Shown here piece by piece: positions 26,512 through 34,641 of a DNA stretch of 64,000 bases. Each line of letters begins with the position of its first letter. The first letter of the stretch is position 1. The notes beneath the pieces were generated by a model, which saw only the letters and a list, made by a program, of their open reading frames with translations, was not told the origin of the DNA and did no database searches. Origin of the DNA: a virus (lineage: Duplodnaviria; Caudoviricetes); the IMG/VR virus record IMGVR_UViG_3300022752_000013. One strand, given 5' to 3'. The position numbers were made by a program, and so were the translations under genes.

Positions 26512-27284
26512 CACCCCGACAAAGAATCAAACACATCACCAAGTGGATCAAAGCCTACGCCCGGAGTGCCAAAATTGACACTTTGGTGGTGGGAATTTCC
26601 GGCGGCATTGACTCCAGTGTGGTATCCACTCTGTGTGCCGAAACAGGACTCAAGACCATTGTGGTTCAAATGCCAATCCGTCAAAATCGGAAACTAGATA
26701 ATCGTAGCAGTATGCAGGCCAACTGGTTGCTGGAACGTTACAAAAACGTCACCCATGTGAGCATGGATCTAACCCCAGTGTTCACATCATTTGAAAAGAA
26801 ACTTGAACCCATTTGCCGAGACAGCACGGACATAACCCTAGCATTTGCCAACAGCCGTGCTAGATTGCGCATGATGACTCTATATCAAATTGCGCAAAGT
26901 TATGGTGGAATTGTGGTAGGCACAGGCAACCGGGTAGAGGATTTTGGTGTGGGCTTCTTTACCAAGTACGGTGACGGTGGCGTGGACATCAGCCCCATTG
27001 GCGACTGCATGAAAACAGACGTTTGGGCTATGGGCAGTGAATTTGGTTTGCCACAAGAAATCATTGACGCAGAACCCACTGACGGACTCTGGGATGATGA
27101 CCGCACAGACGAAGGACAACTGGGCATGACCTATCCTGAACTGGAACGAACTATGTGGCTGGACGAGTCCGGAGACCAGTCTGTAACCAGTACAGAAAAA
27201 GCAAATCTTAAAAAGTATCGAGCAATTCGCGCCAGAAATCTGCACAAGATGGAACCAATTCCTGTGTGCAAAATATCTGAGTAA
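26508..27284 (+). CDS. nadE: NH3-dependent NAD+ synthetase
   Basis: VGISGGIDS, NSRARLRM, VGTGN..E...GFFTKYGDGGVDISPIGD..KT, EPTDGLW...TDE. Confidence 0.95.
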   Translation: MTPRQRIKHITKWIKAYARSAKIDTLVVGISGGIDSSVVSTLCAETGLKTIVVQMPIRQNRKLDNRSSMQANWLLERYKNVTHVSMDLTPVFTSFEKKLEPICRDSTDITLAFANSRARLRMMTLYQIAQSYGGIVVGTGNRVEDFGVGFFTKYGDGGVDISPIGDCMKTDVWAMGSEFGLPQEIIDAEPTDGLWDDDRTDEGQLGMTYPELERTMWLDESGDQSVTSTEKANLKKYRAIRARNLHKMEPIPVCKISE

Positions 27285-27366
27285 ACTACGCCGTTTACAC
27301 CAAAACGGTACCATTTTTGCCCGGTCTGAGCCCGGTTCTGCAACCCATTGAGTAAGTAAAACTACC

Positions 27367-27942
27367 ATGAAAGCACAAGTAAACCACATCAGCGATCAAA
27401 TCGCAATCTGGAGTTCAAGGGCGTTCCGAGTCGCAGGACTTTGGATCATTGCCCTTGCGGTGATCGCTGTATGCAATCACAAACTCAGCGAACTCCGCGC
27501 AGGTGTTGAAGCCATGCCAGCGGGCTATGTCAGCACTACAGAAAAAATCAAGCAACTGGAATGCTTGACTCGCAACATCTACTGGGAAGCAGCCTCGGAG
27601 CCTTTTGAAGGCAAAGTAGCAGTGGCCCAAGTCACAATGAACCGTGTGGCCCACGGAAAATTTGGTGATTCAGTTTGCGGTGTGATCTATCAAAAAAACG
27701 TATTCTATGAACGAGTAATTTGCCAGTTCAGTTGGGTGTGTGAAACCACACACAAAACTCGACCAGTACACCCGCCCTTGTGGGCAGAATCTGAATTGGT
27801 GGCCAAAAAAGTTCTATTAGAAAACTTTAGACTGCCCGGCTTAAAAGGCGCACTTTATTATCATGCAGATTATGTCAGCCCGGGCTGGAAACTGCCCAAA
27901 ATTGATAAAATTGGTCGTCACATCTTTTACGGAGAACGCTAA
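27367..27942 (+). CDS. SleB-like cell wall hydrolase (Hydrolase_2)
   Basis: CLTRNIYWEAASE...AVAQVTMNRV...CQFSW...ALYYHADY...IGRHIFY; TAAGTA at 27353. Confidence 0.92.
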   Translation: MKAQVNHISDQIAIWSSRAFRVAGLWIIALAVIAVCNHKLSELRAGVEAMPAGYVSTTEKIKQLECLTRNIYWEAASEPFEGKVAVAQVTMNRVAHGKFGDSVCGVIYQKNVFYERVICQFSWVCETTHKTRPVHPPLWAESELVAKKVLLENFRLPGLKGALYYHADYVSPGWKLPKIDKIGRHIFYGER

Positions 27943-28256
27943 TGCCTTTCAATCTGCCTGTCACAATCATTGCCATTCGTGACTACATTACCAACAGCCT
28001 GGCAACTCTTTCAGCAGACACTCTGGGCTGGTTGTCGGTCATAGTGTTGCATTGTGCAACCCTGCCCAGTTTCTTGGCCTTGATGACCGGACTGAGCGAT
28101 AAAACTCCGGGTCTGGACATGATCTTTTTCTTGTGGAGTGGCCTGATCCTGCTGTTCCTACGGGCAGTGGTGCTCCGGGACATGTTGAACATCATCACAA
28201 TTGGGTTTGGATTTATACTGCAAGCAGGATTCATGGCCCTGATCCTGTTTAAGTAA
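27942..28256 (+). CDS. Small 3-TM membrane protein (PQ-loop/SemiSWEET-like topology)
   Basis: Three hydrophobic helices; ATLP in TM1. Confidence 0.55.
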   Translation: MPFNLPVTIIAIRDYITNSLATLSADTLGWLSVIVLHCATLPSFLALMTGLSDKTPGLDMIFFLWSGLILLFLRAVVLRDMLNIITIGFGFILQAGFMALILFK

Positions 28257-28754
28257 ATGACCCCTGAAGAAATTGAACAAAAGTTAACTGACTGGATGGT
28301 TAACTTTGTTGAACAGCCTCACCCTGGCTTGGGTCAGTGGGCACCATGCCCTTATGCTAGACAGGCCAGAATTACTAATCAAATCAAGATTGTGCATAGT
28401 GGCCACCAAAGATTGATGGCCACAGTTGAACAACAGTTACCCGAGTTAGAATACAAAGAAGTTGTGGTCATTTGTTTTGATCATACCAAAATTTCTGCCC
28501 TGGATCTAGAAAAACTAATTAAAGTATACAACCAGCAGGTGCTGATGGCAAGAAACTATGTGATCCTTGAGGATCATCCGGATGCTGTGGAATTGGTCAA
28601 TGGTGTTCACATGAACTTTGGTCATTGTGGGCTATTGGTAATTCAACGACTAGACAAACTAACAACAGCAAGTGAACAACTCAAATCAAAAGGCTACTAC
28701 AATACCTGGAATCAGGCTGAACTGGATCAGGTGGTAACATGGCGAAGTCAATGA
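28257..28754 (+). CDS. DUF1415-like protein
   Basis: W..NFVE...PCPYARQA...LEDHP. Confidence 0.55.
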   Translation: MTPEEIEQKLTDWMVNFVEQPHPGLGQWAPCPYARQARITNQIKIVHSGHQRLMATVEQQLPELEYKEVVVICFDHTKISALDLEKLIKVYNQQVLMARNYVILEDHPDAVELVNGVHMNFGHCGLLVIQRLDKLTTASEQLKSKGYYNTWNQAELDQVVTWRSQ

Positions 28755-29179
28755 AATTTTGCAGAATCAATCTGTCAAAAACCAACTACAGTTATTATCC
28801 CGGTGCTGAACGATTTACCTGGGCCAGCGGCCTGGCACCATATGAACAGATCTATCGTGATTACTGTGCCCACAAACAGTTTGAGAGCGTGATGCCTTTG
28901 TTCTTGCAACAGTTTCAAGACTCACACAACGACACACATGTGTATCGGAATGGCACAGATATCGTGGCCTGGAGCCTGTGTCGACGCTGGGACAGTTGCA
29001 ATGCAGAAAGTCTACAGTTTGCCTGGAACTATCATGAACCAGAACTGGAACTGGGCAGACGCAGTCTTGAACATGAATGTGCCTACTACAAACAACTGGG
29101 TTATGAATATTTGTATCTAGGTCAAGCGTCTGAATACAAGACTCGCTTTGATGGTTACGAAGAATTAGGAAGACTATAA
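28751..29179 (+). CDS. Arginyl/leucyl-tRNA-protein transferase C-terminal (ATE_C/Bpt)-like GNAT protein
   Basis: LELGRRSLEHE...KQLGYEYLYLG...YKTRFDGYEEL parallels SLG..SIL.EI...G..Y.YLG...YK..F...E.L. Confidence 0.55.
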   Translation: MKFCRINLSKTNYSYYPGAERFTWASGLAPYEQIYRDYCAHKQFESVMPLFLQQFQDSHNDTHVYRNGTDIVAWSLCRRWDSCNAESLQFAWNYHEPELELGRRSLEHECAYYKQLGYEYLYLGQASEYKTRFDGYEELGRL

Positions 29180-29511
29180 TGGACTTGTATACAATCTGGG
29201 CAGATAAACAAGGTGACATCACTGACTTGGAATGGGTCAACGGAATGAAGAGTTTCTTTGATCACCTAATCTCAGAAGGTAAAATGGAGACGTACAGAAT
29301 TACCAGATGCAAGATGGGATTCCGTAGCATAGCAGACATGCCAGAATGGATGATCATCATGGAGTTTAAGGACATGGGTCAAATGGATTCAGCGTTCCGT
29401 CGTGTGGCTCCACTGGAAGGCGAATTGGAAGTCAAGCACAAAAGTTTCAACCAGTTTGTTTCGGGCAACATACAACACGCCTTGTTTAGAGACTGGCCCG
29501 ATCAGTTCTAG
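29179..29511 (+). CDS. DUF6614-like ferredoxin-fold protein
   Basis: MDLYTIW...YRITRCKMGF...EW.I.MEF...FRDWPD. Confidence 0.6.
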   Translation: MDLYTIWADKQGDITDLEWVNGMKSFFDHLISEGKMETYRITRCKMGFRSIADMPEWMIIMEFKDMGQMDSAFRRVAPLEGELEVKHKSFNQFVSGNIQHALFRDWPDQF

Positions 29512-29554
29512 TACTTTGGTATTACTTGACTAGGAATCATGTTTCTGCTATAAT
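29509..29554 (+). promoter_or_regulatory. Palindrome + sigma70 promoter, leaderless transcript
   Basis: TAGTACT-TT-GGTATTA 1 nt before TTGACT(29526)-17-TATAAT(29549); ATG 6 nt later. Confidence 0.8.
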
Positions 29555-29560
29555 GTAGAC

Positions 29561-29788
29561 ATGTTTGAGACTTCTACACACACATTCCGGACGCTGAGGC
29601 CTAAAGACACTGACTTTAATTTCAGCCCCGACGGTATAACACTGATACCACGTGCAGGAATTGAGATTTCAAACAATTGCCCCGACAACTATTTTCAGAT
29701 ACTTCAAACTTGTATCAACAAAGGATGGATCAAGCCTGTTGCCCACATGCGAGATACAGAATACACCATGGAGTTACTATACAAATGA
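29561..29788 (+). CDS. Hypothetical protein
   Basis: LIPRAGIEISNNCP...GWIKPVAHM. Confidence 0.7.
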   Translation: MFETSTHTFRTLRPKDTDFNFSPDGITLIPRAGIEISNNCPDNYFQILQTCINKGWIKPVAHMRDTEYTMELLYK

Positions 29789-30000
29789 CTGATACTGATC
29801 CCACCGACTATGGTACTGTGGGAGTAAAAGACGATGCTATTGCTTTTCACTCTCATGGCGGTCAAGAAATGCTCAGAATAACACCTGATGGTTTTTGGGT
29901 GCGTGGGGAAAAGATTCCTGCGGATGACAAAGAAGCCCAATCAGTATATAATGCATTTAAACAGTGGCTGGCTTGGGCCAGTATTCAACGAGAGGAATAA
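29785..30000 (+). CDS. Hypothetical protein
   Basis: ATGA overlap; EMLRITPDGFWVRG. Confidence 0.65.
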   Translation: MTDTDPTDYGTVGVKDDAIAFHSHGGQEMLRITPDGFWVRGEKIPADDKEAQSVYNAFKQWLAWASIQREE

Positions 30001-30002
30001 TT

Positions 30003-30395
30003 ATGACCATGCACTTACATCACCCCAGTCTCAGCCTCAACGGTCGCAAGAAGGGCAAAGTAAAATTTCGTAATGCTGAAGAAGCACAACGTGCCCGTGA
30101 ACTCGATGCAAGTTGGAAAGAACTACTCAAACGCCAAGGCCTTGAGTTAGAAGAAAAGCGTCGCAAACGTGCTATGAAGGCCGAGCCCTTGGTATACAAA
30201 TTGTCCGCACCAGAAGGCCGTATGACCACGCATCATATTCCCAGTGTTGACACAGGTGGCAACGCCACCTTGGCACCGCCAAAAGTATACACAGGTACCA
30301 AGGTCAAAGGTATTGCTACCATGCACAAATCAAATGCTGTACCTGTGTTCTCAGACGAAGAAGCAGTAGAAATTTCCAGAATGCGTCGTGGATGA
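30003..30395 (+). CDS. Conserved basic phage protein
   Basis: GAGGA RBS; YTGTKVKGIATMHKSNAVPVF. Confidence 0.8.
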   Translation: MTMHLHHPSLSLNGRKKGKVKFRNAEEAQRARELDASWKELLKRQGLELEEKRRKRAMKAEPLVYKLSAPEGRMTTHHIPSVDTGGNATLAPPKVYTGTKVKGIATMHKSNAVPVFSDEEAVEISRMRRG

Positions 30396-30433
30396 TTAAA
30401 AAACGTTTATTAACCTATAAAGGAGATTTTGAA

Positions 30434-30826
30434 ATGGGTGGTATGTGGGAAAAAGATGAAGTGGTTCGCTTGCTCAGAAGCCAGCCTGGCACTCAATATC
30501 AAGAAGCAGATGATCAGGTCAAAGAACAAATACGTGAATGGATTAGAGGCCTATTACAAAACAGTGAAGCCACTGTGACATTCACCAAAGCAGATGGTAC
30601 CGACCGTGACATGTTGTGTACGCTGGATCACAGTAGAATCCCTGTTCGACCGGTAGCACCAACCACAAGTACCGCTCCAGTGGATGGCATTGTGCGTGAG
30701 AGTCGGAAACCCAAAAAAGAACCCGACCCGCACAGTATCCGTGTGTTTGATTTGGAAAAGCAGGAGTGGCGCAGTTTCCGTTTTGAACGACTCAAAAAGG
30801 TCACGGCTACCCTGGATTTCCAATAA
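30434..30826 (+). CDS. DUF2693/WYL-like Sm/SH3-fold protein
   Basis: VTFTKADGTDRDMLCTL...VFDLEKQEWRSFR. Confidence 0.75.
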   Translation: MGGMWEKDEVVRLLRSQPGTQYQEADDQVKEQIREWIRGLLQNSEATVTFTKADGTDRDMLCTLDHSRIPVRPVAPTTSTAPVDGIVRESRKPKKEPDPHSIRVFDLEKQEWRSFRFERLKKVTATLDFQ

Positions 30827-30836
30827 GTAATTGCTT

Positions 30837-31055
30837 ATGGCAAAAGAAGATATTATAAACATGGAAGGCCGTGTTGAAGAGGTACTACCGGCTACCATGT
30901 TTAGGGTCAAGTTAGACAACATAGACGCTCAGGTATTAGGACACTTGAGTGGGCGTATGCGCAAAAACAACATCAAGGTGTTGCTAGGAGATCGGGTTGA
31001 AATGGAATTTTCACCCTACGATCTTACCAAGGGTCGTATTACCCGACGCAAGTAA
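30837..31055 (+). CDS. infA: Translation initiation factor IF-1
   Basis: [26 protein letters not shown]...[33 protein letters not shown]. Confidence 0.96.
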   Translation: MAKEDIINMEGRVEEVLPATMFRVKLDNIDAQVLGHLSGRMRKNNIKVLLGDRVEMEFSPYDLTKGRITRRK

Positions 31056-31057
31056 AC

Positions 31058-32623
31058 ATGTATCATGTAAAATTAAATGATTCAACTGCTCGAGTACTAT
31101 TCCTTGGCAACAACAATGAATCTACAGATCATCAAGTGTCAACTCTGGCAACAGAACACGACATTGTCAATCATGGACTAGTAATCGAATCTAAGGTTGT
31201 TCATGACCAACCAGGATTTTATCATACCACTGTGGTAGACATTCCCTGGGGCGATTTAATTTCATTTGCATCAAAATTTGATTTGATTGTCATGTTAGAT
31301 CAGCCGCAGGCTCAATGGAGTCATTGGAAATGCATGCAGGCCACATTTAAGTTAATGGTCAAACTGGAACAAATGGGGTGTGATACTGTATTTCGTAACA
31401 ATAAAAATATTAAAAAAATCTTATATTGGTCCGACTTGGTGTACAAAGAAAACAAAAGTTTTTGTATATACCCATGGATTAATTTCTTCAATGACGGAAA
31501 AGAACTTAGATTATGTTCACGTGCTGACACTGCGGTGACCAAAATTGATCAATTTCAAGACTGGAAGTCTGATCCTAATTATACCCAAATTCGCGATTCA
31601 ATGTTACAAGGTCACAAACTGCCAGAACATTGCAAAGTGTGTTATGAGTATGAAGATCATGACATTGAAAGTTACAGGCAATTTGAAACCATGGACTGGG
31701 CAGTGCAATTGGATTTAGAAACAGTTGAAGATCTGGAGAAAATTCAACACCCTTATTTTTACGAAATTCACACAGGTAATCATTGCAACATCAAATGTAG
31801 AGGTTGTCAACCAGCGTTCAGTGAGCCCATTGGTAAAGAATTAAAAAAATTCAATATTGTCACACCCGGTACCATGATGTGGACTCCCAGCACGTCAACT
31901 CTAGATCAAATCAGCATAGACGACTTAGACAGCAAATCTACTGTTTATTTTCAAGGCGGCGAACCCACGATCATGCCAGAAGTTCTGGACTTTATGAAAC
32001 AGTGCATCAAGAAAAATCAGACAGATTTCAATCTCACCATGTGTACCAACGGAGTAAAATTTTCTGACGAATTTTTAGAAACAGTTTCGCATTTTCCCAA
32101 CACCAATTTTAGTTTCAGCATTGATGGGTACGCCAAGGTCAATGACTACTGGAGATCAGGATCCAAATGGGACCGAGTCATAGCAAATGCACACATGATA
32201 CAGAATCTTGGTCATTCTGTCAGTATTAACACTGTGCCGGGTATTTACAATGTGACCAACTTGCATCTGTTGTTTGAATTTTTAGATCGTGAATTCCCGT
32301 TTACTGCTATCTATCTACAAATCAATTACCTGGCTTGGCAGTCAGCATTCAATCATCCTCGTCAAGATCTAGTAGTTGAATCCATGCTCAAATGCATGCA
32401 GACATCTGTGTATCATTCCAATGGTAAAAGTTGCAAAAGTGGTATAGACAGCATTTACAATCATTACAACAATAATCCAGTTTGTGACCTCAAAGATCTC
32501 AAAGATTTTTTTGCATACAACGATCAGTTGGACCGTGCTCGCGGCACAAAACTAGCAGATTACATACCTGAATTAGAGGCCGCAAGAAGTTACATTTTGG
32601 AACTCAATCATGAAACCATGTGA
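31058..32623 (+). CDS. Radical SAM / twitch-domain protein with N-terminal extension
   Basis: FCIYPW...LCS...HCKVC; CNIKCRGC; FQGGEPT; CTNG; FSIDG. Confidence 0.88.
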   Translation: MYHVKLNDSTARVLFLGNNNESTDHQVSTLATEHDIVNHGLVIESKVVHDQPGFYHTTVVDIPWGDLISFASKFDLIVMLDQPQAQWSHWKCMQATFKLMVKLEQMGCDTVFRNNKNIKKILYWSDLVYKENKSFCIYPWINFFNDGKELRLCSRADTAVTKIDQFQDWKSDPNYTQIRDSMLQGHKLPEHCKVCYEYEDHDIESYRQFETMDWAVQLDLETVEDLEKIQHPYFYEIHTGNHCNIKCRGCQPAFSEPIGKELKKFNIVTPGTMMWTPSTSTLDQISIDDLDSKSTVYFQGGEPTIMPEVLDFMKQCIKKNQTDFNLTMCTNGVKFSDEFLETVSHFPNTNFSFSIDGYAKVNDYWRSGSKWDRVIANAHMIQNLGHSVSINTVPGIYNVTNLHLLFEFLDREFPFTAIYLQINYLAWQSAFNHPRQDLVVESMLKCMQTSVYHSNGKSCKSGIDSIYNHYNNNPVCDLKDLKDFFAYNDQLDRARGTKLADYIPELEAARSYILELNHETM

Positions 32624-33705
32624 TCTCAAGAGACGTATCACTTGTAGAAAATAATTTTATGTCAGCAACCGATTTACGCAAGCAATCTTTTTATAATTTC
32701 CAATTAGGTAAAATAGAGTTCTCCGCAGAAACAATCATACCTGCAACCGATGACATTGTTCCTTTTTTGAATTTATATGCAGTTTTGTATTATGGACATT
32801 TTCATAAACAAGTTTATATTGACAGATTTTTGCAGGTACGAAATCAATTAGTACAACAACTCATTGATTTGTCAGCATACAAGTCTTGTCAATGGTCGGA
32901 TCATTTTTTTGAGAATAGGGGTTCATATCAAAGTGCATCATTTATCATGTACATGTGTAGACTGGCCAGTGACACGGTATGGAATTTTCCTACATTGTGC
33001 AATTATAGTAAATGGGTAAATGGTGGTAGCAGGTCTGTGGCAACTGGCATGCATAAACGTGATCCGTGGAATAGTGTGTTGGGCTTCGAGTTAGTTGAAT
33101 TAGGGCAATCAAGCACCATGCTATCTGATCCCAAAGAAATAACATCCACTGAGATGTTGCACAATGTTCTACAATTAGATAACAACCCGCCACACGATTC
33201 AGCAAAAGTTATGTTAATCACTGAATTAATAAAAAATAAAATTTATTTTCTATCAATCGAAAACAAATTAGACAAGTTTGATAATTTTAGTAATATTAAC
33301 AGTTATAATATTTGGGATAGTTATTCCGCCTGGCGGAGTCAATACCCAATAAAACCAAAAATAAAAATATACACTAACTGGCCCGAACAAATACACAATT
33401 ACTTCGACGCTTGGGACATAGTAGAAATTGAGTCTGGCCAACACATCATTGATGAAATTCAAGGCTTTGGCGGAAGATCAGGAAGATTGGAACGCTTTGC
33501 AACCGAGGAATACCGAAATCCTAAAGAAATCGTGGACCATGTGTTGTATGTAATTGATCCTAGACCAATTGAACTTGGTGAGTTGTTGATATGGATGGAC
33601 ATGGAACACAATGCTTACATCGAATCGGAATGGAAGTTTCTTTTGTATAGAAAAGCAGATATCTACAAAACCACTTACATTGACACAAGTTATATCATGC
33701 AATAA
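32620..33705 (+). CDS. Hypothetical protein (AT-rich)
   Basis: 361-aa ORF, GTGA overlap; no motif recognised. Confidence 0.7.
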   Translation: MISRDVSLVENNFMSATDLRKQSFYNFQLGKIEFSAETIIPATDDIVPFLNLYAVLYYGHFHKQVYIDRFLQVRNQLVQQLIDLSAYKSCQWSDHFFENRGSYQSASFIMYMCRLASDTVWNFPTLCNYSKWVNGGSRSVATGMHKRDPWNSVLGFELVELGQSSTMLSDPKEITSTEMLHNVLQLDNNPPHDSAKVMLITELIKNKIYFLSIENKLDKFDNFSNINSYNIWDSYSAWRSQYPIKPKIKIYTNWPEQIHNYFDAWDIVEIESGQHIIDEIQGFGGRSGRLERFATEEYRNPKEIVDHVLYVIDPRPIELGELLIWMDMEHNAYIESEWKFLLYRKADIYKTTYIDTSYIMQ

Positions 33706-33712
33706 ATACAAC

Positions 33713-34255
33713 ATGCGCAAACACATCGATTTATTAGAAGCAACAACCCGTCCAGCCAAATTGGAAACAATCCCTTTGCCATACGGTGAAGACGACCTAA
33801 ATCCTGTGCTCAGCGGAGACAGTATCAATTATCATTATGAGCATTTGGCCAAGGGCTATGCCAAACGCTACAACGCCGGCGAAGGTGATTCAGATTTCAA
33901 TCGTGCTGGCAGTTTCTTACACAACAAGTTTTTTCCACAATTGCAACCTCCCAAAGGCAACAACCGCCCACGTGGTGCTGTACTGGAACTGATTGAACGC
34001 AAGTTCAAGAGTTACGAAAACTTCCAGGATGAAGTTAAAAAAGTCGCAATGAAGATCCAAGGTTCTGGGTGGGTGTATTTGAGCACCGGTGGTGAAATCA
34101 AAACCATTCGCAATCATGCAGTGCGTACAGATATATGCGTACTTATTGACTGGTGGGAACATGTTTGGGCCTTGGACTACCAGTGGGAAAAAGAAAAATA
34201 CCTGGACAATATCTGGCGTATCATCAATTGGGACGTTTGTTCTGATAGACTATAA
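33713..34255 (+). CDS. sod: Fe/Mn superoxide dismutase with extra N-terminal MRKHIDLLEA
   Basis: LPYGEDDLNP, ligands H(YEH), FLHN, DWWEH; IQGSGW; TAAATA 4 nt before ATG. Confidence 0.9.
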   Translation: MRKHIDLLEATTRPAKLETIPLPYGEDDLNPVLSGDSINYHYEHLAKGYAKRYNAGEGDSDFNRAGSFLHNKFFPQLQPPKGNNRPRGAVLELIERKFKSYENFQDEVKKVAMKIQGSGWVYLSTGGEIKTIRNHAVRTDICVLIDWWEHVWALDYQWEKEKYLDNIWRIINWDVCSDRL

Positions 34256-34267
34256 AGTAGGTACATT

Positions 34268-34588
34268 ATGAAACTAGAATCTGGCGCAGTTGAGAAACTT
34301 CGTGAACTTGTGGCTGAAGAAGGCAACCCTGATCTCATGCTCCGAGTGTTTGTGCAGGGTGGCGGCTGTTCGGGCATGAGTTATGGATTCACTTTTGACG
34401 AAATGCAAAACGAAGATGACTTTGATTTTGCCTACGAAGAGGTGAAGGTAGTGGTCGACTCCATGAGCATGCAGTACCTGCAGGGTGCTACCATTGACTA
34501 CAAAGAAGATATCATGGGCAGTAGTTTTGTAATCAACAATCCTCAAGCACAAACCACCTGCGGTTGCGGAAGCAGTTTTTCCGTGTAG
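34268..34588 (+). CDS. erpA: A-type Fe-S cluster carrier (ErpA/IscA/HesB)
   Basis: [38 protein letters not shown]. Confidence 0.93.
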   Translation: MKLESGAVEKLRELVAEEGNPDLMLRVFVQGGGCSGMSYGFTFDEMQNEDDFDFAYEEVKVVVDSMSMQYLQGATIDYKEDIMGSSFVINNPQAQTTCGCGSSFSV

Positions 34589-34605
34589 CCCAAAACACAT
34601 AGACC

Positions 34606-34632
34606 TTCTCTGCCGCTAAATACAGCAGAGGA
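34606..34632 (+). promoter_or_regulatory. Late promoter in loop of an RBS-sequestering hairpin
   Basis: TTCTCTGC-CGCTAAATACA-GCAGAGGA; right arm contains the SD GAGGA. Confidence 0.65.
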
Positions 34633-34641
34633 TACAGATCT

